NCBI GenBank assembly: GCA_963841015.1
Contig: CAWJAX010000004.1
Span: 102,267-166,266 of the forward strand
DNA: 64,000 nucleotides
Direction of reading: 5' to 3'
From: an uncultured Methanoregulaceae archaeon
GTDB lineage: Archaea > Halobacteriota > Methanomicrobia > Methanomicrobiales > Methanospirillaceae
Positions within the stretch are counted from its first letter, which is position 1; the number at the start of each line of letters is the position of its first letter. The position numbers and the translations under genes were made by a program. Below, piece after piece: positions 11,302 to 22,804 of this stretch. The notes below the pieces were generated by a model. It was not told where the DNA came from. It did not search any database and saw only the letters and a program-made list of their open reading frames with translations.

Positions 11302-11914
11302 TTACTTGGGGGGTAAGATGACTTTATCGATAACGTGGATCACGCCATTTTTCGTCTGAATGTCAGTAATTTTTACCGTGGCATCATTGATTTTTACAAC
11401 GCCATTGGTCACGGTGATATTCACGTTCGATCCCTGAAGCGTTTTTGCGGAGCTCAGCTTGACTACATCAGCAGCCATTACTTTCCCGTCAACAACATGG
11501 TACAGGAGAATCTGCTTTAACTGTCCCTCTGGTGTCTTTAACAGGGATTCAACAGTTCCGGGCGGTAAATTTTTGAATGCATCATCCGTTGGTGCAAATA
11601 CCGTGAACGGACCGGGTCCGCTGAGTGCTCCATCGAGTTTTGCTGCCTGAAGCTGCTGCAACAAGTGTCGTGAAACGTCCATCTGCAACAGCTGTTTCCA
11701 CTATGGTTTTCATGGGTGGTGCAGCAGTCGGGGTAGCCGTCACGTTGACAGTCTTGATGATTGCGACTCCCTGTTGGTTTTGGACGTAGGTTTGTACTGC
11801 GGTTACCGCGGGCGCTGGCGTAGATGTTACTGCAGGCTTTTGCTCTGTGCATCCGGCAATCAACATAGTTGAAATGACTACCAGTAAGAGAAATACAAGT
11901 GTTGTTTTTTTCAT
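11302..11914 (-). CDS. Fasciclin (FAS1) domain lipoprotein, split by a single-base frameshift near 11653
   Basis: Lipoprotein signal (LIAGC), then [18 protein letters not shown] | [26 protein letters not shown]...[10 protein letters not shown] continuing in the next frame. Confidence 0.88.
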
Positions 11915-12027
11915 CGATTCATCACCAGTTTATTATTAAAATCCTTGTGGTATGTGGCATATATAATACCTTTCGATTTGAATTCAGTTGGTATATCAGA
12001 AAACAATACTGATAGATAGTAAAATAA

Positions 12028-12275
12028 GGCGATTCATCATGTGGCACCACAAAAATTTTTCATGCGTTTGATATTCCCCATAAATTAGCGCCCGATCAAG
12101 AAAATTCGGAATATTTCAAGAGATTAGGTAATACAGCGTTATCGCAATGTGGGGGATGCCCCAGAGGCGGGGGCGAAACCCCCAGGAACGTCTTTAAATT
12201 GAAAAATAGATGAGATTCTTTGAATTTTTTTCCATAATAGTACAGATTCATAGTAGTCTTTATTGAGTAATTACC
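12028..12275 (+). repeat. Dispersed 248-bp intergenic repeat, copy 1 (MITE-like)
   Basis: Near-identical (roughly 90% by eye) to the reverse complement of 25155-25402. Confidence 0.9.
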
Positions 12276-12370
12276 CTATTATTAATCAAATCCTGTTTTT
12301 GATGGATACACAATTTACCAATTAATAATTGAAAAAAATATCGCTTTAATGGTAAGAAACCCCCACAAAA

Positions 12371-12967
12371 TCACTTCACATTCGCCCACACGTGTGCAAA
12401 CCGCTGGAATGCGGTGATGTGCCCGAAGACGCCAAACAGCATCATAAGCCAGCCCAGCCAGGTGAGCCCATAGAAGGTTAAGGGAAATATCAGGCCAATG
12501 ATGCCGACAACCATAATCAGTACAAGACGGTCAGCCCTGCCGAGCATCCCGCCATAAAACCTTCCGACACCTACTGCCTGAGCCTGCGTGCCAAGGTAGG
12601 ATGACATCAGGACACCGGTCAGGGCAAAGACGCCGACAGGCCAGGGAACAAGTCCGCCGGCAAAGAGACCGCAGATGATGAAAATATCAGCATACCGGTC
12701 TACTGCATGATCGAGGAAATCCCCTCGCAGGCTCTGGATCTTCATCTCCCGGGCAACTGCACCATCCATCATATCACAAAATGCGTTCACCGCAACAGCC
12801 ACAATTCCCCAGAGCTCCAGCCGGAGATAAAACAGGATTCCTGCAGCTGCTGATGCCAGCAGTGCTGCTATGGTAAGAATATTCGGAGTAATCCTGAGTT
12901 TTATGAAAATGGACACCAGAGGGTCGGTGAAGATTTTTGCATGGGAACGATAATTGTCTAGGGTCAT
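12371..12967 (-). CDS. CDP-alcohol phosphatidyltransferase (archaetidylinositol-phosphate synthase-like)
   Basis: TPNxLT and D-x2-DG-x2-AR-x7-G-x3-D-x3-DR signature. Confidence 0.9.
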   Translation of the reverse strand: MTLDNYRSHAKIFTDPLVSIFIKLRITPNILTIAALLASAAAGILFYLRLELWGIVAVAVNAFCDMMDGAVAREMKIQSLRGDFLDHAVDRYADIFIICGLFAGGLVPWPVGVFALTGVLMSSYLGTQAQAVGVGRFYGGMLGRADRLVLIMVVGIIGLIFPLTFYGLTWLGWLMMLFGVFGHITAFQRFAHVWANVK

Positions 12968-13476
12968 CCGTGCACCTCAAGGAACCCGGACCAGTCTATT
13001 GTGCCGAACCCGGCCGGGATCTCGCTCCTCACAAACCCTTCTATCTGGTCAGCACAGGAAACAACGTCCCTTTCAGTCGTATCCAGTTCAAGGATCTGTT
13101 CAGGACTGAAATTCTCAACGGTCTCGATCAGGCAGACATCAAGGGATTCCGCATCGGCATTTTCCTGGATCTTTTTCGCCGGGTAGTTCCTCCGGGAAAG
13201 ACGTTTTTTCAGCTCATCGGGACGGCACCGGAGTACGACGACCCGGTCACAGGTGAGCAGGTGGGCGATGTGTCCTTCGACAAATCCATCCACGGGGACG
13301 AATTCCGCAGCCCAGCGGTCCACATCGATGATTTGGGCGTCCCGATCCTCGTCATCTCCGATACCATATGGCCCGACCGTGTCGGTAAGGTGAACTACCG
13401 TATGTCCCCGCCGGGCAAGCTCCTTCCCCACCAGTGATTTCCCGGTACCCGGAGTACCGGTTATACCACACATCAT
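12964..13476 (-). CDS. Archaeal adenylate kinase (AK6/Fap7 family)
   Basis: GITGTPGTGKS, EGHIAH, VVLRC, RL..RNY..KIQEN. Confidence 0.88.
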   Translation of the reverse strand: MMCGITGTPGTGKSLVGKELARRGHTVVHLTDTVGPYGIGDDEDRDAQIIDVDRWAAEFVPVDGFVEGHIAHLLTCDRVVVLRCRPDELKKRLSRRNYPAKKIQENADAESLDVCLIETVENFSPEQILELDTTERDVVSCADQIEGFVRSEIPAGFGTIDWSGFLEVHG

Positions 13477-14531
13477 AATGAATTGATCACCTGCAGGAAC
13501 CGTTCGTTCTCCCAGTCCTCACCAATGCTGACCCGGATATAGTGATCCGACAGACCCGCAAAGCTCCGGCAGGAGCGGACGATAACCCCCTGCCGGGCGA
13601 GTTCTTCCACCATCTCATCACTGGTGCGGGGAGCGATATCAATCATCACAAAATTCGCATCTGAGGGCAGGCTCGGATATTTCACTTCGGTGGTGAATCG
13701 CTTTCTCCACCGGTTTACCTGAGCCAGATACCGCAGGGTATGGTCCTTCTCGGGAAGTGCAGCGGCAGCGGCCGCAGCTGATACCGAATTAACCGTAAAA
13801 GGTGTACTGGCACGCTGATACCAGGGGACGAGCCATTCTGGCACGAATGCATACCCGACACGCAACCCGGCAAGAGAGTGGATCTTGGAAAATGTCCTGC
13901 CGAGAATCAGGTTTTTATATTTTTTTATCAGCGGAAGGTAATCGTACCCGGAGAACTCGACATAGGCGTTGTCAAGGAACAGGACACCTTCAATCCCTTC
14001 CAGCAATTCAGCGACCACATCCACAGGAGTAGCGTTTCCTGTAGGATTATTTGGCGAACAGACTATGACGATCTTTGCCTGACTGCCTGCTTTGATCATC
14101 TTTCCTGGATCGACCGAGAAGTCCTTCTCACGAGGTACGGTAATTACCTCTGCACCCTGTCCTGTCGCAGCGAGTTCATAGAATGAAAAGGTGGGAGTGG
14201 AGATTACCACCTGCTCCCCGGGATCCACCAGCGTCCTGATCACCGTCTCGATGACCCCATCCATACCGACACCACAGACAAAGGAGTAATCCCCGTAATG
14301 TACCATGAGCGCATCTGTCAGAATGCTGGTACGCTCATCGGGATACCGGTTCACGTTCCGAAGGGCATTCTCTGCAGCTTCCCGTGCAGCTGCTGACAGA
14401 GGGTAAGGATTCTCATTGCTTGCAAGTCGTGCGATCCGGTCGATACCGTACTCACGGGCTATATCCCCGGCTTTCTGTGCAAAAATGTAGCCGCCATTTT
14501 TTTTATAGCAGGATCTAACCAAGCGCTCCAT
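13473..14531 (-). CDS. hisC: Histidinol-phosphate aminotransferase
   Basis: LASNENP, NRYPD, CSPNNPTGN, DNAYVEF, RTFSK...GLRVGY. Confidence 0.92.
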   Translation of the reverse strand: MERLVRSCYKKNGGYIFAQKAGDIAREYGIDRIARLASNENPYPLSAAAREAAENALRNVNRYPDERTSILTDALMVHYGDYSFVCGVGMDGVIETVIRTLVDPGEQVVISTPTFSFYELAATGQGAEVITVPREKDFSVDPGKMIKAGSQAKIVIVCSPNNPTGNATPVDVVAELLEGIEGVLFLDNAYVEFSGYDYLPLIKKYKNLILGRTFSKIHSLAGLRVGYAFVPEWLVPWYQRASTPFTVNSVSAAAAAAALPEKDHTLRYLAQVNRWRKRFTTEVKYPSLPSDANFVMIDIAPRTSDEMVEELARQGVIVRSCRSFAGLSDHYIRVSIGEDWENERFLQVINSL

Positions 14532-15654
14532 TGATCACTCCGACCACACGGTCGATCTCAGCATCAGTGATAACAAGCGGCGGGACCAGCCGCAGGTTCC
14601 CGTCGGCTGCACAATTGACCAGTACACCCTGATCTGCACATTTCTTCTGGACATCCGGGCATGTGTCCCCGAGGGTCATTCCAATCATCAGCCCCCGGAC
14701 CCGGGGGTTATGCCTGGCAAGACCCTTCCTGAACCGCTCACCTTTCCGGGCTACATCCGGGAGTATCTTTTCGATAACGTCAATTGTAGCAAGTGCTGCT
14801 GCACAGGCAAGCGGGCCACCGGCAAACGTGCTCCCGTGTTCACTCTTTTTGAATTCCAGATCTTCACGGGCAACCAGTGCGCCCATGGGAAACCCGCTTG
14901 CAATCCCTTTTGCAAGGGTGACAATGTCTGGCTTCACCTTTGTGTGCTGCAGGGCCAGCCATTTCCCGGTACGCCCCATCCCAGTCTGTACTTCATCAGC
15001 GATCATGAGAGCCCCGGCATCATCGCATACTTCACGGACACCTTCAATGAAACTGTCGGGAGGGATGATGACACCTGCTTCTCCCTGGATAGGTTCGAAA
15101 ATGACCCCGGCGGTATCCTCATCCACAACTTTCATCAGCGCTTCCAGATCACCATATTCAACAAAGGTCTTTACCATCCCGAGTGGCTCGAACGGTTCCC
15201 GTATTGCGGGTTTGTGCGTGACGGCAAGTGATCCAACAGTCCGGCCATGGAACCCGTGGGTGAAAGCGACAAATTTTTTCTTACCGGTCCGGACCCGGGC
15301 AAGTTTGAGTGCCCCGTCAGTTGCTTCTGCTCCTGAATTGGAGAAGAAGGCTTTGTGCATACCGGTAATCTCTACGAGTTTCTTTGCCAGATCTCCCTGA
15401 TGCGGCACGTAATAGAGGTTTGAGCAGTGGATCAGCTGGTGTGCCTGATCGCAGATCGCTTTTACCACAGCGGGGTGACAGTGCCCGGTGCTGCAGACGG
15501 CTATCCCTGCGACACAATCGAGATACTGTCTTCCTTCCGCATCCCAGACCGTTGATCCCTCACCCTTTACAATCGCCATGTCGCGCGAGAACGCAGGCAT
15601 AAAGTAGCGTTCATCGAGAGCTTTGAACTGGCTTGTAGTTTCCATTTCCATCAC
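14515..15654 (-). CDS. argD: Acetylornithine aminotransferase
   Basis: NSGAEA, FHGRT, EPIQGEAG, DEVQTGMGRTG, LAKG, HGSTFAG. Confidence 0.92.
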   Translation of the reverse strand: MMEMETTSQFKALDERYFMPAFSRDMAIVKGEGSTVWDAEGRQYLDCVAGIAVCSTGHCHPAVVKAICDQAHQLIHCSNLYYVPHQGDLAKKLVEITGMHKAFFSNSGAEATDGALKLARVRTGKKKFVAFTHGFHGRTVGSLAVTHKPAIREPFEPLGMVKTFVEYGDLEALMKVVDEDTAGVIFEPIQGEAGVIIPPDSFIEGVREVCDDAGALMIADEVQTGMGRTGKWLALQHTKVKPDIVTLAKGIASGFPMGALVAREDLEFKKSEHGSTFAGGPLACAAALATIDVIEKILPDVARKGERFRKGLARHNPRVRGLMIGMTLGDTCPDVQKKCADQGVLVNCAADGNLRLVPPLVITDAEIDRVVGVINGALG

Positions 15655-15684
15655 AGTAGCTTGTTTATTTGTTGTGTTGAGACT

Positions 15685-16602
15685 TTATTCATACTCTATC
15701 GTTGCCGGAGGTTTTGCCGTAATGTCATACACGACCCGGGCAACACGGGGAATATCAGCGGTGATGCGTGACCCGATTCTCAGTAAGTGCTCAAAGGGGA
15801 TGTCGAGCGGATCGGCAGTCATCCCGTCCCGTGAGTTCACGGCACGGATCGCAACAATCCAGCCATGTATCCGGTTGTCCCCCTTGACACCGGTCCCCAG
15901 ACCAAGCAGGGCTGCAAAACACTGCCAGGGGCGGTACTGTTCAACCAGTTCGTCTTCAACGATCCAGTTTGCCTCCCGTATGATCGCAACCTTCTCCCGG
16001 GTAACTTCACCAAGCACCCGCACGGCAAGCCCTGGTCCGGGAAACGGCATCCGGTGCTGGATCTCTTTTGGCAGGCCCAGGGCTCCTGCCACTTCCCTCA
16101 CCTCATCCTTGTAGAGATCGCGAATCGGTTCAATCACTTTGGTAAATTCCATATGCAGCGGCATGCCCCCGACATTATGGTGGCTCTTGATACCCCCTTC
16201 GCTCTCGATCCGGTCCGGGTAAATGGTGCCCTGAAGCAGGCATTTCGCTCCCTGTTTCCGGGCTTCCCGCTCAAAGACCCGGATGAACCGTTCACCGATT
16301 GCTTTTCGTTTGGCTTCAGGATCAGTGAGCCCTTGGAGTGCCGCCAGGAACTCATCACCGGCATCAACAATCTGGAGGTGGATGGAAGCAAACGTCGTCC
16401 TGATCCGTTCGGTCTCACCTTTGCGCATGAGGCCGGTATCAATATAGATCGGAATAAGATTATCCCCGATGGCTCGGGCTGCAAGTGCGGCACAGACCGA
16501 GCTGTCCACACCACCGGAGAGAGCCATAACCACTTTTTCTGTGCCGGCTGCAGTCCGGATTTCTGTAATGGACTGGCTGATAAATTTCTCTGTATTGACC
16601 AT
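15685..16602 (-). CDS. guaAB: GMP synthase subunit B (ATP pyrophosphatase)
   Basis: [40 protein letters not shown]. Confidence 0.95.
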   Translation of the reverse strand: MVNTEKFISQSITEIRTAAGTEKVVMALSGGVDSSVCAALAARAIGDNLIPIYIDTGLMRKGETERIRTTFASIHLQIVDAGDEFLAALQGLTDPEAKRKAIGERFIRVFEREARKQGAKCLLQGTIYPDRIESEGGIKSHHNVGGMPLHMEFTKVIEPIRDLYKDEVREVAGALGLPKEIQHRMPFPGPGLAVRVLGEVTREKVAIIREANWIVEDELVEQYRPWQCFAALLGLGTGVKGDNRIHGWIVAIRAVNSRDGMTADPLDIPFEHLLRIGSRITADIPRVARVVYDITAKPPATIEYE

Positions 16603-16614
16603 GATCTCGTTCCT

Positions 16615-18195
16615 TTATTTTGTCCGTTTGTTCGCCCGGCATGCTTCCACAAAGCCCAGATACGGGGGAGACGGGCGGGTCGGACGGGACTTGAACTCCG
16701 GGTGGAACTGGGAGGCAAAGAAGTAGGGGTGATCGGCCAGTTCCAGGCACTCCATGCGGTTTTTATTGACCGCCGAGAAGATTAATCCCGCTTTTTCCAG
16801 CTTCCCGATATACCGTGGGTTTACTTCATACCGGTGCCGGTGCCGTTCAGTGATCTCTGTCTGGCCATACAGGTCCATTGCCCGGGTTCCTTCCTTAATG
16901 GTGGCAACATAATCACCCAGCCTCATCGTACCGCCAAGTTCATTGAGCCCTTCCTGTTCGGGAAGGAGGGCAATTACATGGGATCCCTCACCGAATTCTT
17001 CGCTCGTGGCATCAGCAATATCGAGTTTATTGCGGGCATATTCGACAACTGCCAGCTGGAATCCCAGGCAGAGCCCGAGGAAAGGAATCCTGTTTTCGCG
17101 GGCAAACCTGATTGCTTCCACTTTTCCCTCGATACCACGCTTGCCAAATCCACCGGGTATTAATATCCCGTCGTAATCCTTGAGCTGGCAGCGCTCGTAG
17201 CGTTCAGCGTCCAGCCACCCGATCTTCACTTCCGTCGAAAGCGCCCTTCCTGCATGCTTGAGCGCTTCCTTGATGCTGATATACACATCTTCAATACCGT
17301 ATTTACTCACTATTGCAACAGACACCCTGCTGGTGTACTCTTTTGTCACGAGCCGGTACCAGCTGGTATCGACATCCCGCTTCTCCAGCCCGAGATGTGC
17401 TGAAAGAACTTCAGCAATTCCTTCTTTCTCCATCTCCATGGGGACCTCATAGATGTCCGGTACGGTAGCTGCAGAAATGACTGCATGCTGGGGGAGATCA
17501 CAGAATGCGGAGATCTTGCGCTTTGTATGGGCACTGATCGGATGCTCGCTCCTGCCGACAATGATCTCTGCATGGAGTCCCAGCTCCCGCAACGCTTTTA
17601 CCGAATGCTGTGTGGGTTTTGTTTTCAGGTCCCCCATGGTATCTTCAGGTATGAGCGTAACATGCAGGAGGATGTAGTCCTGCGGCGGCAGATCCCCTCG
17701 CATCTGACGGATAGCTTCCAGGAATGGCATGCTCTCAATGTCGCCAACAGTACCGCCAACTTCAACAAGGCAGATGTCAGCCTTCGTTCCATCAGGAAAT
17801 TCTTCTTCTGCCGCCTGACGTATACAGGTCTTGATCTGGTCCGTAATATGGGGGATGATCTGGACAGTCTCCCCGAGGAAGTCGCCCCTCCGCTCCTTTT
17901 CGATAACCGTGCGGTACACCTTACCAGTGGTGATGTTATGAGCAGCGGTAAGTTCGATATCAAGGAAGCGCTCGTAGTTACCAAGGTCGAGGTCGACCTC
18001 GCTCCCGTCCCTGAGCACAAACACTTCACCGTGCTGTGCCGGGTTCATCGTTCCTGCATCGATATTCAGGTAGGGATCGATCTTGACAGCGGTGACCCGG
18101 TAGCCACGGTTTTTCAGGATGCGCCCGACAGAAGCTGCGGTGATCCCTTTCCCCAGTCCGCTCATCACACCACCGGTAACAATAATGTACTTCAC
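16615..18195 (-). CDS. pyrG: CTP synthase
   Basis: [50 protein letters not shown]. Confidence 0.97.
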   Translation of the reverse strand: MKYIIVTGGVMSGLGKGITAASVGRILKNRGYRVTAVKIDPYLNIDAGTMNPAQHGEVFVLRDGSEVDLDLGNYERFLDIELTAAHNITTGKVYRTVIEKERRGDFLGETVQIIPHITDQIKTCIRQAAEEEFPDGTKADICLVEVGGTVGDIESMPFLEAIRQMRGDLPPQDYILLHVTLIPEDTMGDLKTKPTQHSVKALRELGLHAEIIVGRSEHPISAHTKRKISAFCDLPQHAVISAATVPDIYEVPMEMEKEGIAEVLSAHLGLEKRDVDTSWYRLVTKEYTSRVSVAIVSKYGIEDVYISIKEALKHAGRALSTEVKIGWLDAERYERCQLKDYDGILIPGGFGKRGIEGKVEAIRFARENRIPFLGLCLGFQLAVVEYARNKLDIADATSEEFGEGSHVIALLPEQEGLNELGGTMRLGDYVATIKEGTRAMDLYGQTEITERHRHRYEVNPRYIGKLEKAGLIFSAVNKNRMECLELADHPYFFASQFHPEFKSRPTRPSPPYLGFVEACRANKRTK

Positions 18196-18386
18196 ACAGA
18201 TCTCCCCGATTGCTTTACATTTTGCTCATAATACCTATTAGTGTTATCTTATCGTGAGAGAAGGAGGATTTTCACACGGATTCCATCTGGGTTTTTCCTG
18301 GGAGGTTGGGTTCACTGCACGATATGGGCAGCGTTCTCTGCCCGTTCAAGGAACTTTAATTTGTCCTAAAACCGTACATACTAGGT

Positions 18387-19160
18387 ATGAAAATCAGGCA
18401 ATGTACGCATATTCTGGCGGTTCTTCTCTTGATACTCGGTTTTGTCCTGCCGGTTATGGCTGCCGAAAATGAAACGGCGGATGCAGCCACGGCTTTTTAC
18501 AATAGCGGCGTACTTCTTCTTGAAGAAAAAGAATATGCAAGAGCAATAGCAGCTTTCGATCGAGCACTCGCATCAAATACAACCATGATCCGGTGGTCAG
18601 ATGCTCTGTTGTATACGTACCAGAATAAAGCGTATGCATTGATTCAGCTGAATAATTACACCGGTGCAGTCCAGACGATTGATCAGGGTCTGGCACTCTA
18701 TGAAAATGATGAAAAACTCTGGTACAACAAAGGTTTTGCCCTCTTCAAACTCGGTATGTACCAGGATGCGATCAATGCCTATGATAAGGTACTGCAGATA
18801 AACAGTCAGTCGGTTCCTGCCCTCAACAACAAGGGTGATACATATTTCCTGATGGGAAGATACCAGGATGCAGTCGATTCCTATATCCGGGCAAAGGAGA
18901 TAGATCCCGGGAACAGTTATGCTGCTGCCGGACTCGAAAAGGCTCAGCGTGCACTGGCAACGGCGACGCTGCCCACTATCCCCGGCACCCGGACAACAGT
19001 TCCTACTGCGTTGCCGACAATGACTCAAACGACCCCGACCTCTCCAACAGACATTCCTGCCACACTGCCGACAAAGACCCAGACGCCACTCTCTCTCATA
19101 ACGGTTGTGGCAGCTCTCTCTGCGTTGGGATTACTGTCCATTCTTACGAAAAAGCGATAA
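18387..19160 (+). CDS. Secreted TPR protein with Thr/Pro-rich linker and C-terminal membrane anchor
   Basis: Signal peptide, about 4 TPRs, T/P-rich stretch, hydrophobic tail ending KKR. Confidence 0.82.
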   Translation: MKIRQCTHILAVLLLILGFVLPVMAAENETADAATAFYNSGVLLLEEKEYARAIAAFDRALASNTTMIRWSDALLYTYQNKAYALIQLNNYTGAVQTIDQGLALYENDEKLWYNKGFALFKLGMYQDAINAYDKVLQINSQSVPALNNKGDTYFLMGRYQDAVDSYIRAKEIDPGNSYAAAGLEKAQRALATATLPTIPGTRTTVPTALPTMTQTTPTSPTDIPATLPTKTQTPLSLITVVAALSALGLLSILTKKR

Positions 19161-19213
19161 ACACTATCAATCTTTTTTTTTGCTTACCTCGCTATCCATC
19201 AGAGATGCTTATT

Positions 19214-19310
19214 GACGCCGCCCCGATGGGGCATCTTCCGCAACGGATCAGTAACCAAAAAAATCAAAAATTAATAAAACACTCTTCCCGCCGTGCCTCG
19301 AAAAGGCCGG
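19214..19310 (+). repeat. Degenerate intergenic double-hairpin repeat (second copy inverted at 24999-25095)
   Basis: gcc-cccc-NNN-ggggc...ccg-NNN-cgg-at..gtaaccaaaaaa...gtgcct...aggcc shared with the reverse complement of 24999-25095. Confidence 0.55.
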
Positions 19311-19391
19311 GAGATGGGGGTCAAGCGTATAAAGAACGAAGTCAAGGCGAGAACCTGAATCGATTCAGCCTGTTTCCAGGGTGCGTTTGTG

Positions 19392-19811
19392 TTAATTTTT
19401 ACTTGTTGTCACGGCAAATGCTGCTGAAGTCCGGGAAAGCAGCATCTTCTCATCGTTATCAACAAATACCTCGCCCTCCGCGAATGCAACCCGCCGCCCC
19501 TTCCTGATTACGCGGCCCTCTGCAATAATGAAACCTTCCTGTATTCCCCGGATGAAACTGGTGGATTCAGAGATGGTTGCAATTCCTTCAGTATTGGAAA
19601 GTAACGGGTAAAGAGCAAGCGCCATCGCTTCATCGGCAACAGCCGCGAGGATCCCTCCCTGTAACCAACCGACACCGTTGTGCATATCCGGCCGGACCTG
19701 CATGGTCAGCACCGCTTTCCCCGGCTCAACACTGACCACATCAATCCCCATAAGGCAAAAAAAGGGGTTGGCGAATTTCCCGTCTTTCTTGATATTTTCC
19801 AGGTATGACAT
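19392..19811 (-). CDS. PaaI-family hotdog-fold thioesterase
   Basis: HNGVGWLQGG..AAVADEAM, GRVIRKGRRVAF. Confidence 0.88.
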   Translation of the reverse strand: MSYLENIKKDGKFANPFFCLMGIDVVSVEPGKAVLTMQVRPDMHNGVGWLQGGILAAVADEAMALALYPLLSNTEGIATISESTSFIRGIQEGFIIAEGRVIRKGRRVAFAEGEVFVDNDEKMLLSRTSAAFAVTTSKN

Positions 19812-19909
19812 GATCCTTACACCTGATGTTGGCATAAAAAAGGGATTAAGATTGTCTTTTACCTTCCTGTGCAATCGGTTTATATTGTCCGCACAATGAC
19901 GTATCTTCC

Positions 19910-20140
19910 ATGAATGACCAGGAAATTAAGGAGATGCTCGCTGATTTGATCTGGCTGAACGCCCTCATTGCTACAGAACTTATCCAGGTGACCGAGAATA
20001 GTTCGGCAATCCTCAGGAAATCCCCGCCGCCAAAAAGCTGCCTGGAGGAGCACCAGTCACTCCGTGAAACCGCGCTTTCTATGGCGGAGAAATACCGGCC
20101 CGGTACCATGCTCTCCCGGCACCTCACACAACACCAGTAA
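19910..20140 (+). CDS. Small hypothetical protein
   Basis: 76-aa ATG-started ORF divergent from the thioesterase gene, amphipathic helical composition. Confidence 0.6.
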   Translation: MNDQEIKEMLADLIWLNALIATELIQVTENSSAILRKSPPPKSCLEEHQSLRETALSMAEKYRPGTMLSRHLTQHQ

Positions 20141-20285
20141 TGTTATTGGGAGACTCTGCGAAACGTACTGCAATGAACCAGCCCGATTGTGTACACATGG
20201 GTGTGTATACCCGGGAGACTGCTACCCGCCTCAAGGACAGGGAATTTTACACGTCATCCGGCGATCCATACAGTTAGTCTTCATC

Positions 20286-20993
20286 ATGACCACCACACCT
20301 GAGGCACCATACAGCCTTATCATCCCGGCTTATAATGAGGAACACAGGATTACACCGCTCTTTGATGCCATAGGCAGCTTCGAGGGGGAACTCATTGTCG
20401 TGTGCGATGGCGGGGACAGTACAGCAGACATTGTCGATCGCATTGCGGTGCAGAGACAGGATCTGACTATCCGGTGTCTTCGGTTTGACCACCGCCTCGG
20501 AAAAGGGGGGGGAGTGATTGAAGGACTCAGGGCGGCCCGATCCACCCTTGTCGGTTACTTCGATGCCGATGGCTCAACAAGCGTTGATGAGATGAAACGG
20601 CTTTTTTTCTCGCTTTCAACCGCAGATGGTGCGATTGGATCCCGCTGGATAGATGGCTCAACCCTCAAAGTACGCCAGAGCATCCTGCGGCAGATGGAAA
20701 GCCGGGCATTCAACCTGATCATACGGATCTTTTTCGGGTTGAGCTATCATGATACGCAGTGCGGGGCGAAGGTTTTTAAAAAATCAGCAATTGACGCTGT
20801 ATTGCCCAATATGATTTCCCGGGGTTTTGAATTCGATGTCGAGCTTCTCTGGAGACTAAAGAGAGCAGGATTCAGGATTACTGAAGTTCCCATCGAATGG
20901 CAGAATAAAGGGGATTCACGGGTTCGGAAAAGAGACATGATAGGGATGCTCTGGGGTCTTTTCAGGGTGAGGTTCGGGGTTGGAGGACAATGA
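20286..20993 (+). CDS. GT2 glycosyltransferase (dolichyl-phosphate glucosyl/mannosyltransferase-like)
   Basis: SLIIPAYNEE, VVCDG, GKGG, DADG, GSR, DTQCGAK, FDVELL. Confidence 0.9.
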   Translation: MTTTPEAPYSLIIPAYNEEHRITPLFDAIGSFEGELIVVCDGGDSTADIVDRIAVQRQDLTIRCLRFDHRLGKGGGVIEGLRAARSTLVGYFDADGSTSVDEMKRLFFSLSTADGAIGSRWIDGSTLKVRQSILRQMESRAFNLIIRIFFGLSYHDTQCGAKVFKKSAIDAVLPNMISRGFEFDVELLWRLKRAGFRITEVPIEWQNKGDSRVRKRDMIGMLWGLFRVRFGVGGQ

Positions 20994-22804
20994 TTCCGGC
21001 ATCGCGTGAAGAACAAAAGAAAGAGGCGTTCAGGCTATTTGAGGACGGGCGTTACTTACAGTCCCTGCAGATCTGCACCATCCTGCTTGAGGGGGGCAAG
21101 GATTCGGCTGTTGAAGTACTGGCTGCCACAAACCTCTTCTATACGGGTAAACTTGAAGATGCCGAAGTATTTTTCCGGGATCTTACCCAAAAAATGCCGG
21201 ATTCATCCTATGTCCATAGTTACCTGGGAAAAGTGCTTGAAGCACGAAAAGATGAAGGTGCAATTGCAGAATTTGCAACTGCTGTTCATCTTGATCCCAC
21301 CAATCAGGATGCCTTACGAAGCTATGCAGGGTATCTCATCTCGCATAAGGATTACCGGGGGGCTCTCCCGGTACTCCGGCGGCTTGTGCAGCTCGGGAAA
21401 AAACCTGGGGATGTGCAAAACCTGATGCGGGCACTGATTGAGATTGGCGAGCCGGAAGAAGCGCTCGCGACATATAGCGTGCTTGGGGGAGATGCAGCAA
21501 AGACCCATGAATACATTGATGCACTGATAAAAACACGGAAGTTCCAGGCTGCTGCTGAATCTGCGTTAAGGATATACCGTGATACAAAAGATCCCGCTAT
21601 ACAGAGAAAATACCTTGACACCCTTTCCCGTTACGATGTGCAGGCATCACTGGACGCCTATGCTTCCCACATAAAGGAAAATCCGGATGCGGAAATCCTG
21701 TTTGATTACATCCTGCTCTTACAAGCCAACGGGGAATATGCTCCAGCGCTAGCTGCTACAAAAAAACTCCTTGAACATGCAGATGATCCGGTATACCGGC
21801 TTGCCGAGTGCGAGCTTCTTACCAGCCTGGGCGAGGAAAAAAAAGCGCTTGCAGCCTATGAAAACCTGATCCGTGATGAACTGGTAACCAAAAATGATCT
21901 GGATGTTCTCGTCCTTATCATCAGCAAGTACCGCAATTTCCTCAAGGCACATGTACCCGATGATGAAGCAGGCAGGCGATATTTAACTATTGTATCAAAA
22001 GATGTAAACGTCGCAAGTCTCCTTGAAACGGCTCGTTTCTATGAGGAGGCAGGAAATACGACAGAAGCCCGGTCATGGTATTACCGGGCGTACCGGGCTG
22101 ACTTTTTAAGCGGGGGTCTTGACTATGCACAATTTCTCTCAGTTCAGGGAGAAGAACGGGAATGTGAAAAAGTAATGCTCTATATCCTGTCAAACGTCAA
22201 AAAAAATGCTGATATCGGACGAGTGGCAGCAGTGATCCTTGATAAGCAGGGGGGGATGTGCCGCTTAAAGCGCCTGATGGAGCAGCTGATAAAAAAACTC
22301 GAAGAGCGACGCCAGACATTAAACTCGGAGGGTCTGGAACTGCTTGCCATCGCTTATTTCATCACCGCTGCCAATGCACAGGAAGAGATGGATTATGCGG
22401 AGTGCAAGTATTACTGCCTCTGCGGCGTGGATGTGATGCCGGCGCATTCCCGTGCGATCCGGCTTGAAGATTACCTCCAGCTGATTCGGGCATGTAAAGA
22501 ACGATCAATTGCCGATCGGCCGATAATGAATGCAGCGGAGACAAAAAAACGTACAGTTCCGGTTCCCCCGGTCAAGGTCATCACGGATCAACTCGGGCTT
22601 TCAGAACAGGAAAAAAAGATTGTTGAATTCCTCAGGTCTCACCGCAGAGCAAGCGAGATGGACCTGCGTAAACTGCTGGGGACCCGCAGGGTTGTCGGGA
22701 TAGTGAACCAGCTCATCCAGAAGGCGACATTACAGGGAATATCGATCATCGAAAAGAAAGGGGTTGGAGAGGATGGAGAGGTCTATGAATATACCGGAAC
22801 CTGA
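20990..22804 (+). CDS. TPR-repeat protein with C-terminal winged-helix-like domain
   Basis: Helical TPR-like repeats over most of the length; tail LSEQEKKIVEFLRSH...IVNQL...IIEK...YEY. Confidence 0.75.
   Translation: MIPASREEQKKEAFRLFEDGRYLQSLQICTILLEGGKDSAVEVLAATNLFYTGKLEDAEVFFRDLTQKMPDSSYVHSYLGKVLEARKDEGAIAEFATAVHLDPTNQDALRSYAGYLISHKDYRGALPVLRRLVQLGKKPGDVQNLMRALIEIGEPEEALATYSVLGGDAAKTHEYIDALIKTRKFQAAAESALRIYRDTKDPAIQRKYLDTLSRYDVQASLDAYASHIKENPDAEILFDYILLLQANGEYAPALAATKKLLEHADDPVYRLAECELLTSLGEEKKALAAYENLIRDELVTKNDLDVLVLIISKYRNFLKAHVPDDEAGRRYLTIVSKDVNVASLLETARFYEEAGNTTEARSWYYRAYRADFLSGGLDYAQFLSVQGEERECEKVMLYILSNVKKNADIGRVAAVILDKQGGMCRLKRLMEQLIKKLEERRQTLNSEGLELLAIAYFITAANAQEEMDYAECKYYCLCGVDVMPAHSRAIRLEDYLQLIRACKERSIADRPIMNAAETKKRTVPVPPVKVITDQLGLSEQEKKIVEFLRSHRRASEMDLRKLLGTRRVVGIVNQLIQKATLQGISIIEKKGVGEDGEVYEYTGT

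Noticed and set aside
8286-18231. Long antisense/alternative-frame ORFs (e.g. 8286-8858 +, 9610-10452 -, 14663-15400 +, 15865-16785 +, 17485-18231 +)
   Set aside because: They shadow well-supported genes on the opposite strand and have no recognisable motifs
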